Source: Octopus vulgaris (lineage: Eukaryota). Taken from it: a stretch of 64,000 bases of DNA. The stretch is taken from the NCBI GenBank assembly GCA_951406725.2, contig OX597815.1:95480001-95544000 (forward strand). Reading direction: 5' to 3'. Made by a program: the position numbers and the translations under genes. The notes below the pieces were generated by a model. That model made no database searches, was not told where the DNA came from, and saw nothing but the letters and a program-made list of their open reading frames with translations. Below are positions 14,172-28,703 of the stretch, in pieces (position 1 is the first letter of the stretch; each line of letters begins with the position of its first letter).

Positions 14172-14172
<1 letters not shown>
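13497..14172 (+). mobile_element. Decayed PLE 3' end with pLTR, internal minisatellite and degenerate hammerhead
   Basis: QTLSDQQARTH..P.Y resembles the post-YIG part of a PLE GIY-YIG domain. It ends with actt-ttgacag-tcttt..aaaga-gt-gaaac-cg-gtt-aagt (14094-14134), aataaa and (TA)n. Confidence 0.5.
13852..14080. repeat. 44-bp minisatellite, about 5 copies
   Basis: Unit aatgtgacaattatgtaaaaaacttttttgaa(tgc/ccc)ataatat(t/c)c at 13852, 13899, 13943, 13987 and 14031. Confidence 0.95.
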
Positions 14173-14208
<36 letters not shown>

Positions 14209-16429
14209 CACACACACACGAACGAAAACAGACACACAAACAAACACATATAGTTTAGTTTTCTTGTGTCGATAATATCTTTCAGCCATTCAGTGTTAGG
14301 ATTAAAATATACGGAATTTGGTGTGAAATGTCACCGTTGATCACTCTAAAAATATTTAGTAATCCATGATAAAGACGAGAATTTGATTTCCTCGTTTCAG
14401 AAGTTGCTGGTGTTATTGATTTATGTATGTATGTGTGTAGATATATTTCTGATGGCAATAAAAACTATAGTTTCTTCATTTCTGTTTATTAATAGGGACA
14501 TTACAACAGTGAATTGATTAAACTATGAAAGGTGAAAATAAGTGATTGTCTGTGTAGAGAATTGAACACATGAGTAAGGTTCGCATTTGAAATCAAGAAC
14601 AAATAAAGTTTAGTACGTTCCCATTTGCACATAATATATGCTGTGTATAAAATCGATGTATTGAATTTTGCTTTGTCCCGCACCATAGATCACCCAGTTT
14701 ATATTCAGCCTCACCGATAAAACATCACTGTCTCATTTGTGCTTGTAAGATTTGAAAATGCACGATCTTTACAAATTTACTGACCATTTAGGTTGATCGC
14801 TCCTTGTTAAATAGAAACCAATGTATTGAATCCAGCCCATAAACTTTGTATCCCCCAAAGAGTGGAGTATTTGACTAAGATTAAATCATTTATGGCCTCT
14901 GATTTAAAGATTATATCTCTGTTTGTTAAAAGATCACTGCAATGCACCATTCTTGCATATCATGTATTCTGCCTACCCACTGAAGTGTTAAGACACATTT
15001 AGCAACTATTTTCGACTAAGATAATTGGAAAGTAGGAAGAAATAATAATATTTTCTGCTTCTCACACAGCATAATCTACCTCTGCTCATTGATTTTCTAT
15101 TTCACTGCAAAAAATATGTGTAAATATATAAAAAATTATCGAATTTACTGTCCTTCGGAAAAATAGATTTTTTTCGTTGAGCATGAAACGTTATAGTCGG
15201 CAAGAATGGTAACTGTTACCAAGTTAGCGATCATAATGTAATATATTATACCGCTTCAGCTTTGTCGTACATAATATATGGTTCTTCTACGTTCTGTCGT
15301 ATCAGATAAAACGGTTGCGTGAATCTCCTGTATTCCAGAACTGTGTCAAAGTCATGCGATATCCCTGCTGTATTAGATATAAATCAGTCGAAGTTGAGCT
15401 GTTTGACCTAGCAATAGATCAGACGTGATTCTATATATAATTAAGGCACCTCACTCATGTCTATAACGTCCCAAAGAAATATAATGTACATGAACTTAAA
15501 TTTAAGATGACTTGTTAAACAAATTAATGGATAATGTTATACGTGAGCGAAGTACAGCAGCTACTGGGATTTAAATGCATTTTATAATTTTAAACAATGA
15601 TTTATAGTTACTAGGCACCACCATTCGATTTGAACATTACACTAAAATTCAAGTCTATATTAACTCATTCTAGATGTGCAAAGCAATGTTGAGATACAAA
15701 GATCTAAATATAGTGTGTGTCGTGAAGGAAGTGCCTTGGCAAGTATTCTTGAATTATTCAGCTTACTACAGATTCCTATACAACATAATTATAAAAAAGC
15801 AGAAATAATATCATTTGAATGTAAATAGGAATCCAATGTTGTTACCGAGCCTTTTCTACAGCAAGCTCCGCCATAGCGAAGCGTGTCAGTCGGTCCCATG
15901 AATCACTGCAGCGATGATATTCGTCACGCGCCTATATAAAGTGCATTTTTAACGCGAGAGATTAATGAAGAGATTTTATTTCGATTAAATCCAGGGTTTA
16001 ATAACTTCTAATGGTATGCATACATTTAGTATGATATAGAGACGGTGATTTTTATTTAATACTAATTCAGCAGCATATAGCATGTTTTCCATATTTGAAC
16101 CATCGTGGGTTACGGCTGTTGGTGGTGGACAAATGCTTTATAACATTGAAGTGAGAGATTAGTAGGCAAAGAAAGGAAATAAATAAGTAGGATAGTGAGG
16201 TGGGGGATAAAAGTAGAACTACGGTTAAAGGGAGACTACCGTAGTCCCCCGTGACGCTATAGAGCATTGGTCCAATATGTTTCCCCCTCAGCCGCCTTAA
16301 ACCACAATGTTCCAAATAGGGACCTCTCTAGGTTTTAATGACACTGCGGGCGATGTTAATTCCTTCGAACGGTGCTTCTTTACATGTTTGATTTACTTAC
16401 AATGTCCTAAGCGGCTTTGGGCCACTTAT

Positions 16430-18195
16430 AACAGGTGTTGATTGCTTCGATCTTCTTCCGTCCATTTAAATTCGACTATAGAATCAGTTTTAATCTGCGC
16501 AAGTACTCCACCTTAGATTTTTCTGCCATTTCAATTTATCAATTTCCAATATCTCCAAGTACTTATAGCCCGTCTCTTCTATCTGCTTCATAACATCTCC
16601 CGACCGAATTACTTGCCCGTCCATACATTTGATTTTGCCTCTCTCACTCGTAAATCCATTCTGATATCAGCACTGAAGGTATACACTGTATCAACGAAGG
16701 AAGTTACTTGAGCTTCATCTTTACCATAAAGTTTGAGGTCATCAATGAATAACAAATCATTGAGTCTTTGTTGGAGGCTTTTGAGTACATACTCAGCTTT
16801 TGCGTTCCTCAGAATCAATGTTAGTGGTATCAAGCACAGTAGAAAGATCAGTGGTGATTGGCAGTCCCCTTGGAAGATACCCTTCCTAATTTCTACTTTC
16901 CCTAAGCTTCTTCCGTATGCTGTCAGGTCCATCCTCCAATTCGCTATATTTTTTCCAAGCAATCGCTCAACATTCGATGCGACACCAAATAGGTTCATAC
17001 ATTCCATAATCCAAGAATGTGGGATCATCGTACGCCTTACGATAGTCGATCAATGACATGGCTGAGTTACTTTTCCTCCTCTTGCATTTCTAAGTACAGT
17101 TTTGTCTATCAGGAGTTGATCCTTGGTACCGCTGCGCTTACGTTTGCAACGCTTCTACTTATGTGGGAGGACTCCATTTTTTCCAGATGTTCCTACATTG
17201 ACTGCGAGTAATCCAGTCAATATATTCTACATAAGTAATTGTCTACCGTATTTCCTTTTTCGATGTTTTTCAGGCACAGCAATGTCCTACTCAATGTCAA
17301 CCACTCTGGTGTTGTTTGGTCAGCATTTAACAAGGTGTTGAGTTGCGCATCTATTCGGGCATGACATTCACCAAATATTTTGGTCCAGTAGTCTTGAACT
17401 CTATCTAGTCCCAGGACCTTCCAGTTGCTCATTTTTTTGCTGATTTCCTTCACCTCCCTAACTGAAATGACTAGTTCTGCTTGTTTTTTACAGACTACTG
17501 TTTGTTTCAGTTCTTGCAACCATTCAACAGGCTTCTTGTGCTCCTTGTCTTTGCTCGAGATGTCACTCAAAAACCTTTGACTTTCAATGTTATCTGGTAT
17601 CAACTTTTCCTCTGTACACTCTCCATTTATTTCTTTATAGAATCTGTTCTGATCTACTCTGAATAATTTTTTCTGGTGGTAACTCGTCATTCTTTGGTCG
17701 TATCTTATCATCTTTGCTTTTTTGCAACAATGCTCTGTTTCAGTCCTCCACTAATACTTTCAGGCCCTTTATTTCAATATTATACTTCTTTTTCACTGCC
17801 GTGTATTTTTCTTCGCTTTTAAGCTCCACTTTGTCTCTTCGGTTTAACAGAGAAATTTCCTTTGAGAACATATCTAACCCTGCCTATATGCTTCTTTTCC
17901 ACCATGGATCTTTTCTTTTGTTACTCCCATAATATTTTTTTCTTGACATCAACACCCACGTTTCCTGCTACAACAATACTTGCTGCATTGATCAAATTAT
18001 TTGTTTCTGTGATGTTGTTTGTTCTGATGTATTTCAGAATTTCATTGACATTTTTCGTTTCTTGGTTCAATTTTCATCAGTCAAATCTTTTAAAGTTGCA
18101 AATAATGTCACTATCGTTCTCCTGTAGCCTTACATTTATTCTGTCGTAGATTGCCTTTTGTCCATCTGTTATGTCGCCATTAGTTTTATTGTCTT
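16430..18195 (-). mobile_element. R4/Dong-clade non-LTR retrotransposon, RT region, disrupted
   Basis: KMSNWKVLGLDRVQDYW, IPHSWI, IRKGIFQGDCQSPLIF, LLFIDDLKLY, GYKYLEI and EYLRRLKLIL..LNGRKKIEAINT are characteristic R4/Dong RT motifs. Confidence 0.9.
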
Positions 18196-18241
18196 CTTAA
18201 AATTTTGAAATTTTGGCTTGAGGCCAACATCAACGATAATA

Positions 18242-18380
18242 ATTTTTCTAATATAGACACAAGGCCTGAATTTTTGGGAGGCAGGTGGTTAGTTAATTAG
18301 GTCGACTACAGAGACCGAATGGTATATTTTCATTGGCCGTGTAATTATGAAAGACATGGTAGAGCTCAGCGGAATGCATC
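18242..18380 (-). mobile_element. Degenerate SINE of the 26679 family
   Basis: tttctaaatatagacacaaggcctgaattttggga is the reverse complement of the SINE 3' end at ~27050-27085. Confidence 0.6.
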
Positions 18381-19217
18381 ACTAATAAGAAGATACTGAT
18401 ACACGATCCCTAGTGATCGTTTCTTTTTCGTTCCCGTTTTTTTCTTTCCCGTTTACGATCCATTTGATCGGAAACCTTCCCCACTATTTTTTCTTCCCCC
18501 ACCCCAAAGCTCTACTTTGTAATCTGTCCCGTCCGTGTGCAGCCCTGTGTGGCTAATAAAGAAGCATATTATTTTAACTGCCTTAACTGTCGTGAGTTCA
18601 TCTGCAGTTTCACAGAGTTTTCTCGCCTTGTGGTGTGCCCAAGTAAAGAAAACAATCTCCTCACCTAACATCTGCAGTGAGGTTTTGTTTTTAGTCGTAG
18701 ACAGCCTGTGTCCTGGATGTTGTGTGGACATCATCCATTCAATTGGTGAGATTTCCTCCGTTTTATTTAGTAGTGTGAGGATGCCACTGTCACGTGTACT
18801 ACTAGGGTATAAAATGAGGATAGACATGTGACGGTGGCGGTGCTGGTGGAGCTTATACGTACCTCATTTAGAGCAGTAAAAATAAGTACGGGCGTCGAAA
18901 AATAAATTCAAATGAGAGAAAAGAGAAGAGAAATATAAATAGTGGAGCATAAATAGGAGTGAAAGATGAGAGAAAGCAATAGCTCAATGTAGAACGAGAA
19001 CATGGGGAAATACATTTAAACTGACAATCATTATGGAGAATTAATTCTTTGTCAGGCTTCATGGAGACAAAGAAAGACACAACTAGTCTATAAATAGAAG
19101 AACATGATGTGGCATAAATAAGAGTGATATGATACAAGCAGAGCACAATTAATATAGATGGGTAGCAGATTAAAATAATTTACACAGGCAACTATTACCA
19201 TTATCAATATTAATAGT

Positions 19218-19375
19218 TATTTCTACTATAGAGACAAGACCATAAATTTTGTAGGCAAAGGACCAGCAATCAGCCGGTACTTATTTTATCGACCCCGAAA
19301 GAATGATTGACAAATTCGTCCTCGGTAAAATGTGAACAAGGAACAGAAAACCAGGACAAATATCACTAAGCATTT
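19218..19375 (-). mobile_element. SINE of the 26679 family
   Basis: ggtacttattttatcgaccccgaaagaatga is the reverse complement of the conserved SINE core. Confidence 0.7.
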
Positions 19376-19399
19376 GTTTCAGTCTTACTTACTACCAGC

Positions 19400-19900
19400 A
19401 AAGAGAAGGTGTGCAGGGCAGCTATCACAGCATTCTTCATTTTAAAAGAACTGCTTCTGAGGTTCATCGTCAGCTTAGTGGACGACAAACATTCCAGGGA
19501 TCAAGGTCTTAACTGTAGGAACGTGAGGGACAGTTTCGATGCACATCTCTTTCGAGTAGTTGGTGATCAGAAACAAGCTTTGCACAAATTTTGAGAATGT
19601 TCAGATCTTCATAATTAATCCTGTGCACAGTTGTCACATCCACTCAGAATTTATTGTCATTATAGACACACGACAGTCTTCATCCAGAAAATTTCGAAAT
19701 TTTTCTACTATTTCTGATGGTCTAACTTTCCTCTTCTCCTCATAAACACACCTCTCATCATCTCTCACCTCCTCTATACGTTGCTTGAACTTCTTGTGCT
19801 AAAGAAAAATGTTAACCCGCAAGCAATCTGGTGCATTTCATAAGTTTCCATTGTTTTTTCGCTCAGTTTCACACAAACTTTTATTGCATTATGCAAGCAG
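19400..19900 (-). mobile_element. Decayed mariner transposase N-terminal fragment
   Basis: Minus strand reads as KVCVKLSEKTMETYEM..., a downstream ..DDER-like motif and a KLVS-like linker remnant. Many indels. Confidence 0.5.
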
Positions 19901-21718
19901 TCAATTGTGACTATCTATGTTTAACAGGATGGGTTCAATGTACCGTTACAACCGTCTCTTTCTACCTGGAATAACAAAAGATGGTGGTCCGATTACTAGA
20001 TGTATAGTAATTATATACTAAAACTGCAATAATCTAGCACAGTTTTATCTACGTTTCCTAAGAAAAGTCTCATATCATTTGGAATGTACATCATAACAAT
20101 AAATGTTTATATAAATTCCTCAATATGAGTCTGATCTTTAATGGATACTTATGGACACCTCCAAAAAGGATACTAATCCTGACTTGGTTTGCCTCACTTA
20201 TTTACCTTTCACGAAACTAAAACGTGGGTGATAGCCTGATCGAAGACGAACGTCTCAAGGTCTTTGCATCTAGTCCACCAAACAGCAGCTTGCGCCATGG
20301 CTAGTGGACAGGTACGAGAAACAGGATGGTATAGTATCATAAGATAGAAAAGTGAATAATGGTTACATGAGTGAACTGTGGAGGATGGGAAAGGCTGCAG
20401 ACCAGTAGATTAAGCTGTTGTCCGGAGATGAATGTCAAGATCGCAAGCAAGATATATCTCCTAATATCCATTTCAAATATAATCGATAGAAATGAAAATT
20501 CTATGATAATATTTACGTATGGATAGTTCAGTGTAGGGTAGAGGACGGAAGCGATTAATAATAGCTTGCAAAAACGTAACTAAATTCCCAGGACATGCAA
20601 GTATACACAGGTTACACAAAAGAACACTAATACACATTGTTAATATATTAGGCATATGTTAATATATTCAATGCAGTGAAAATACAATAGCAGAACTATA
20701 CAATGAAGAATGTTATACACCGGTGACCCACAAAATACAAATATGGGCTGAACACAGCTAAAAATCAAATCCTTCTAATAGAAAAGAAGGCATTGGAAAA
20801 TATGGCCCTTGATTCTTTGCATTTAAGTAAAAATTGGATCTGTAAGGCTGCGACACGTTTGCTTGAAGGTCTCTGGGACAATCCTCAGTTGGGGTCAACA
20901 ACAAGAAAAACGCAATAGTGGAAAAATCTATGAAAACTAAAGTGTGTGGCTTTTCACAGTAGCGCAATAATACCATAGTACACACACACAGACAAGCATA
21001 CACGCATATGCATATATATATATATATACGTACGCATACATACACGTATATTTACATGTACATATTCACACACGCCCGTATATGTATATGTAAATATATA
21101 TATATATATATATATATGTATGCATATCACGGTTGAAGTTGCCCATTACATTGGTTCCGCCATGGTCTTTGGCGCAGTATTATTACATTTCTGCTAACGT
21201 ATATATACTTTAAATGTGTCTGCAACGTATCCAACATCAAACTAAGATAACGATTGTTACATGCCATGAATTTTATATTATTAAGCTAAATTACATTATG
21301 TCTTTGTTTTTATGTTTTATAACATATGGTGTATGCTCTTTCCAGTTTGTTACGTGACACATAGTTTTCTTTGATGAAGTTTCTTCGAAGACTGTTCATT
21401 TTCCCATTACTGTCATTTCTAATATTCTCTTCATTGATATCATTTTCACTGGTTTGCCCCTTCACTCTCAACGCTGTCTCGTTTTGCATCAACATATTAA
21501 GACATTCTTTCCCACTCTGTCTGTTTCTTTGTCTGTCTATCTGTTTGTCTCTCCCTCTGTCTCTCTCTTTCTCTCCCACTTTCTTTCTCTCTCACGCTTT
21601 CTTTGTTCTCTCTCTCTCTCTCTCTCTCTTTAAGCATGCTTTCACTCTCTTCCACTGTCCTAATGATGATTTCACTTTATATAGTTTATGTAAATACAGC
21701 CATGTGTATGTGTGTGTG

Positions 21719-21787
<69 letters not shown>

Positions 21788-22148
21788 GCACATACATATA
21801 TATATGTATATGTGTCTATATAAGTATGTATATATATATGTATGTATAAACGCACGTATATATCCAAAGACACAGGTACAGACATACAGACATGTGAAAG
21901 AAAAGAGAATGGAAAAGAGCCAGTGTGAAAAAGAGATGCGAACATAATTTAGTCCATTTGTGATGCTTAGCAATTTTTTGATGAAGTTGGGTATTCAGCT
22001 TACGGAACTGTACTGATGTATATTTCAGACGATCTTCATTGTTAATCGATGATTTACTTTTCATTATATTTCCACCAAATTCTGATGATATGGAAATTTA
22101 TATACATAAACTGCATCTCGCACAAATATATTTTATGCCTCACCATCA

Positions 22149-22358
<210 letters not shown>

Positions 22359-23085
22359 GAATGCGTACACACATGCAAACTTATATGCATACAAACATAC
22401 ACACTCTATCTCTTTTCCCCCACACACACATATTAGGCAATACTCAATTAACTTTGAAGTCATTGTGTCTAGTAGTTCAACTCATATCGGCAATAATAGG
22501 TTGTCTGCTAATGTGGTGGGGCATAATATTTCAAATGCGATTACTATGAAACACCTCTATTCTACAGGAGTCATTTGATCCATATGAGAAATAAATGGAA
22601 ATATTCGCAATGTATGAATATCAATTACGCTAGCTTTAACACTGAGGTGGGGAAGAGCGGGGATGCTTAGCTATTTCATATGTATTAAAGGCAAGAATAT
22701 ACTTTAAATATGAAAAGAGATTTACCTTTGAATGTCAATTGTTTTAGAAATTAATATTGTGTTAGCAGCATAGATTCATGCTTAATAGAAAATTCATAAT
22801 CTAAAGTGAATTATGTTTTAACTCCTACGTTGTTTTCGTTTTAATATTTAGTCAGTCGAGCAAGAAAGATTCCCCATTGCATTTTCCATTGTAATGAGAA
22901 AAAATAACTAGTTAGCAGAAAGGAGAAAGATGAGAGACCCTGTGGAGACGCTTGCTCTTCTTAGCTAAAGGATTAAGGAGTAGTGTTCGACCTAGACGGG
23001 ATGAGATTTGTGAGAAGATTAGAAAGAATTTGAATGCGTTTTCTTTGAAAATATAACGGCTTATTGTAACAAATAAACGTGGGTA

Positions 23086-24102
23086 CGAGAGTCGGCTGAA
23101 TAATTCATAGGCTGATAAATATACTTCCATGGAATGTCAGCAAATGGAGTTTATTTTTTAACATAACCCTCCTTGCGGTCAACATACATTTTCTATCGGT
23201 ATTGGTGAAGAAAGTCACCAACAACAAATGTGACGTCACTGCGATACAGATTCAAAGCCAAGTGTGTATTTGATGTTTGAAGAACAGATGATAATCAGAA
23301 GGCGTCATATCAGGAGAATAGGGAGGGTGAACAATCATACAATCATTTCAAAGTAACAGTCACGTACAGCAGCCATTGGAATTAAGGACCTGTCCACTGG
23401 AGAATTATCCTGATGAAACAAAACCGTTTTCATTCAGTTTTCCTGAGTTTGGCCTTCATACCTTTTGTAACTGCTTCAGCAAGTTGTTATTGCTTGATGC
23501 ACGTTTAATCGGGTGTCATAGGACGTGACAGCCATCGAGCAGAAACCTTTTTCATGCCAAGTTCATTGTACAGGGTATCTTTAACTCTCTATCGAGATAT
23601 GCCAATAGCATTGGCTATTTGATTTAAAGTCAATAACCTGTTATCTATCACCATGTTGTGAACATGATCAATGTTCTCCTCTGTCGTGGCAGTTGCAGGA
23701 CTTCTGAACCTTGGGTCATCTTCAAGAATCCCCCTTCTAAATTCGGCTGCCAACTTTTGCACTGTTGATAGAAAGTCATCAACAATAGATATGACAACAG
23801 AATAGCTTGGAGCGTCATCCTCTATTGTAGCAACCGTGTCAGCATGAACATCCTTGTGGGCTAAACGTTTTTCCTGCAGGTACTTGATAATACTACAATA
23901 CCAAATTTTGTCCATTTTCAAGTGACGTCGCTACTAGTTAGTTGTCTTCTTTGAAGAGTCAGATGCGAGTTTACCTGAAAAGGAAATCAACAATAAAATA
24001 TGAAGTTATTAATAGGAAGGGTTCAAATTAAAGCATGTAAAATTTGACAACTCTAGCATCACTCCTTCATAATTAGCCTATGTAGTTTTCAGTGTACCCT
24101 CG
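23086..24102 (-). mobile_element. Mariner element with both TIRs and TA target duplication, internally deleted and decayed
   Basis: ORF 23589-23921 IIKYLQ...HAD...DDAPSYS...STVQKLAAEFRRG..LEDDPR..P.TA.TEENID.V is a mariner HTH. TIRs are ta-cgagagtcggctgaataattcataggctgat and attagcctatgtagttttcagtgtaccctcg-ta. Confidence 0.9.
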
Positions 24103-25109
24103 TATAAATCAGTGATTGTATGTTTATATTATGAAGGGTCTATTTAGTAGGTATTTACATGTGAGAGGTCCATTAAGTAGCTATTTAAATTTCATCGACA
24201 TATGTTCGTTTTTCAATGTGCCTGTGTATATGTACCTGTGTGTAATCTATTTGACAAGCTATGACGAAAATCTATTCAACATTGACTCTTCTGTCTTATT
24301 TACAAAATAATATTATCCGATATGTTCTTGTATTTCTAAGAAAATAAGATATGATTCAAGAGACATCTGGCTGTTATTTCTAAAAGTATGTTCTTACCAG
24401 AGTGTACTTCGCCCAATAATCTTAGGAACACAAGTCTGATGTCTGATTCTACAGATAAACACCTTTATTTGATGCAAAGAATCGTATATAAATATGTTAA
24501 AGCATTAAACGAAGACACTTTTCATAAATGTTGAGATGATGATGAATATAACTGGCTGTCTAATGATAGTTTCATGCTCGTTTTTGTTGCATTGTCTGAT
24601 ACCTGCACGTAAGAGTAGAACGATGATTGAAAGTCGTCTCACATTTATCAATTTCATATTTGTTTCGTTTGATAAAATAGAACCAGAATTATATCATGTA
24701 ATGGGTTCTTCCTTCATAGACAGTAGGGTTTGTTATAGTCCCTATACTTATGTATGTAGTCACTAAAATTAATAAATATACGTATAATATCTAAATGAAT
24801 ATATACGTATTTGTGTACGTGCGCTTGTGTGCGAATTCACATATATATAAAAGCATATCCAGTTTTGAATTTTAGATACATTTTACAAACTATGGCGTCA
24901 GGTTAGCATCCACACGTTTGGGAAGAACGATCTTCAGCAGTTCCGTGTTGGCAATAGACAATATGCAACGTTAAATGCGGTTCCACTGGATGTTTGTCTG
25001 CTTCTGTGAAAGTGCCATCAAAACTTCATAAAGTAGCTTCAAAACAATAATACACCCGTTTCATTCTCATTGTTGATAAATCCGAGAGATTCTAGAAATT
25101 CAGAACTGC

Positions 25110-25290
25110 AACAATATATTTTGCCGCATTTGTTCCGTCTCTTATGGAATCTCCACCCAGGTTAACTTGCCTTTCATTCCTCCGGGGTCAACTGAATAAA
25201 GTACTAGTTATGTTGAATTAGTATAACTCCAAATTTCGAATCGAGGTCCATTGTCGAAACCGGTGAAGGATATAAAATTAAAAAAATATA
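25110..25290 (+). mobile_element. Degenerate SINE of the 26679 family
   Basis: caggttaacttgcctttcattcctccggggtcaactgaataaagtactagtt core motif. Confidence 0.6.
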
Positions 25291-25721
25291 TATATAAGAC
25301 AATGAATTGATGTTGAGTCAAAGACGTGATATGCTGAGAGGTAGATGTGAAGCAGTGTAGCAGGGAATTGCTTTCGTATATGAGTGACTTATAAAAGAAA
25401 AACTTATGCCTAGTAAGGGAGAACACCTAAACTATATGTTGAAAGGCGTTTATGTACCTGTGAAGTAGATTTTTCTGCGTATGACAAACGTGGATGGTGA
25501 AATTCTATATGTGCATGTGCCAGCAGACGGTGGTAGATATCCGTTGTTTAATGATCAGGAATCAGTTGCTAGGTCAAATGAAGTACCTCCTTCTGAAGTT
25601 ACATATAAATGGATGTAAAATCTACAGACATGTGTATACTTCACGTAATTCTCAGGCATGGCCATCGTAATACAGGATACAATAAGGCTTTACCTTAAAT
25701 TATAGGTTACACCCAATCGAC

Positions 25722-25872
25722 AAGCTTCTCTTCAGTTTCCATCTCCCCAATTTTACGCACAACTGATAGTTTTACTTGAGGTTATAGAAAAGGAAATTTT
25801 GTTCAAGTTGCTATGTAGTGGGATCGAACACTTGTCGGGCTTCACGTTTGCAAAGCGAACTGCTTATCTATT
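25722..25872 (-). mobile_element. Degenerate SINE head of the 5940 family
   Basis: cttctcttcagtttccatctccccaatttt...gttatagaa...gtagtgggatcgaac is the reverse complement of the tRNA-like head. Confidence 0.55.
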
Positions 25873-26678
25873 TGCTTATACTAGAAAAGTTTTATGTATA
25901 TGAAGACTAAAGCAAATGATTTGTTGGTGGTATGTGCAGGTCATCAAGGGTGGAAATTGATTATGTCGATGTCAGGAAGAGTAGTCATATTTTCGAATTA
26001 AGATATGTGCGCGAGCGAAAATATAATTCAATATGTGAGCAATGGTGTGTTCGAATGCGTGCAGTATGAAAAATGCATGCTTTTCATTGTTATATTGGAA
26101 TGTGGTAAATGGATATGTATAAATAAATGGTTAGCGACTGTAGATTGTAAAGTGCGTTCACGCGACTTTGTGTATTCAAAACAAATTACAAATCACAAAC
26201 GGAACACGACAATGTGATAGGTTTTTCAACAAAGACAGCAAATACAAAACAGACGCCTCAGCTGAGAGGAGGGAATAGAAAATACTCACATTAGGAAGCA
26301 AAATCGAAAATTGGTGAATAATGTGACTATATAAAACTATGGTAAACAATGACAAGAAATCCATGACATGTGAAATACCCAGAGTAATTGATGGAGTTAG
26401 AAATGGAGAAAAACAAAATCATAATACCCGCTGAGATTCGCAGTCATTATAGCTGAAATTGAAGGGTTCCTGAATACTACATATGGTCGAACCATTTCGT
26501 CTAGCAAACATGTAATCAAGTAGAAGATATTAAGTAACTGCAGAATATGTGGGGTTTTGGAGGAGACAATTGGCGTCATTCTCTTTTCCAAGCATAACCA
26601 ATGAATATTCTGTGACCATTTTATGTAAGTGCCTCAGTTTCGGAATGAAAATAACAAAACTTTATGGAATACTGAGGG

Positions 26679-27091
26679 AAGGCAGTCAGCTGGCGGAAAC
26701 GTTAGCACGCGTGCAAAAGCTTAGCTGTATTTCATCAGTCTTTACATTCTGAGTTCAAATTCCATCAAGATCGACTTCGCCTTTCATCATTTTAGAGGTC
26801 GATAAATTAAGTACCAGTTGCGTGCTGGGGTCGATCTAATCGACTGGACACCTCCCCCAATATTTCGGGACTTGTGTCTAAATTAGAAAAGAATCGTTAG
26901 CACGCTGCACGAAGTACTTAGCGGTATTTCGCCCATCGCTTCATTCCGAGTTGAAATTCCGCCGAGGTCGACTTTGAATTTCATCCTTTGTGGTCGATAA
27001 ATTAAGTAAAAGTCAAACACTGGGGTCGATGTAATCGACTAGTCCACTTTCTCCAAATTCCAGGCCTTGTGCTTATAGTAGAAAAGATTAT
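26679..27091 (+). mobile_element. Two head-to-tail copies of a second tRNA-derived SINE family
   Basis: 26679-26890 and 26891-27091 both contain cgttagcacgc...gagtt(c/g)aaattcc...tcgac..tttcatc...ggtcgataaattaagta...ctggggtcgat.taatcgact...cttgtg..ta.a.tagaaaag. Confidence 0.85.
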
Positions 27092-27234
27092 GAAATAATA
27101 AGGGAAAGGAGGCATCATGTATACATACATGCATACAACACACACACACACAGGTAGACACAACCACATACAAAACACACACACACACATACAGACACAT
27201 GCAATACACACACACTAACATAGACACACACATA

Positions 27235-28425
27235 TTCGCTTGAGCAAAATTCCGTTCGGTGTTTTAAGCAAAAGTGAAAAATAATTTTTTAAATACAAAG
27301 TTATTTATTAAATCAGTGGTATAATTACCATTTCGTTTCAATAACTTCCTCCATCTTGTGGGCAGATCCATGACTCCCTGCTCAGAGAATTTATGTTCCT
27401 TACTGGCAAAGACACTTCCATGTAAATTTTTACTACTTCATCAGAGTTGAAGGTCTGTCCATTCAATGGATTATGAACTGATTGAAACAGATGGAAAACT
27501 GAGGCGAATATGAAGGGTGCAACTAAACCTCAGAGTTAAGACTCAGTAATTGCTGCCGCCACTGCAAAAGTGTGTGCTGTAAAACTCTAGTGGATCACCG
27601 CTTTTAAATTGTTCAACTGGTCACAGTACAGATCTGCACTGATGGTCCTTCCCGAGAGAAGATCGTAAAATCTCCGATCCAACAAAATTGAAGCCATAAC
27701 CATCTTCGGGCGAAGTGCTGCTTAAGATGCTGTCTGTTGTTTTTTTTGGGATTTTTTGCCACGTTTTCCCTACGATAATTAGCGCTTCATACTATTATGG
27801 ACGATCAATTGTACTTCCAGTGTCACTATCTTCTTCAAAAGAGGACAATTTTCTCCGAATTTCTGCAACTAATCGCACATGGAGAACCGTTGGGGGAGGT
27901 GAGCCTCGTGCAAATCATTTAGAATACAAACATCAAACATGCTGACGAAAGCAATTTAATGCAGATGGCTTTTAACATTCGATTTGGATATTTGAGGAAT
28001 ATTTGCAGTGTTGCTGGTCGTATAACTTGCTTTGGTGTCGCTGCTAATCTCTCTGTTCACTAACGTGATCGAGATGCATCATGAGATGAAAAATTTATCA
28101 ATCGAAACTTTGAAAAACCAGTTCAGGCACACACCCTCTCTAAACATAGCCGAGATCTTTTAGCAGATTTCTGCCGCGATCTTGCCATATATTTAAATAA
28201 ATAAATTAAATAGCAGGTGTAATCGCAAGTGTTGGTTTTGGTTCGCCATTTACACGTTGATCACAAGCACACAGAATACATGTTTCGTCGCAATTTCCGT
28301 CCGAAAAACTTGGAAAGTCAGGTAGCTAACGAGTGCGCATGCGCAAGTGACACATTAAAGTTATTCATAAGTGTGCTTGAATTGTGGTGCCGACAAAAAT
28401 CGAACGGATTTCTAGGCCAGACCAA
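27235..28425 (-). mobile_element. Mariner element, decayed, with both TIRs
   Basis: C-terminus FASKEHKFSEQGVMDLPTRWRK and RTISADLYCDQL. TIRs ta-ttcgcttgagcaaaattccgttcgg and aatcgaacggatttctaggccagaccaa-ta. Confidence 0.8.
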
Positions 28426-28619
28426 TACATCCATGTATAAGTAAACACATGTACGCGCTCACACAAACACGCACACTCACACATCTTTATCCGTTTCAGA
28501 ACCCAGTTCACTGATGATGATTTTATTCTTTTATTACATGGATAATAAAAATGCATATATGCTCCAAGCCACGCTACCTATAGACATGACGTAACACCAC
28601 TTATCTATCGAGTAATAAC

Positions 28620-28665
<46 letters not shown>

Positions 28666-28703
28666 TGTGTGTGTGTGTGTGTGTGTGTCTGTGTGTATAT
28701 GTA

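Noticed and set aside
14640-14960. Very old Tc1-like remnant on the minus strand (a LWAGF-like motif)
   Set aside because: Only one short motif, and the catalytic residues cannot be recovered.
18453-18831. Overlapping 124-aa and 98-aa ORFs
   Set aside because: No recognisable domain or splice signals. Probably part of an unclassified repeat.
25481-25618. 45-aa plus-strand ORF MTNVDGEILYVHVPADGG...
   Set aside because: No splice context or recognisable motif, and its length is within chance expectation.
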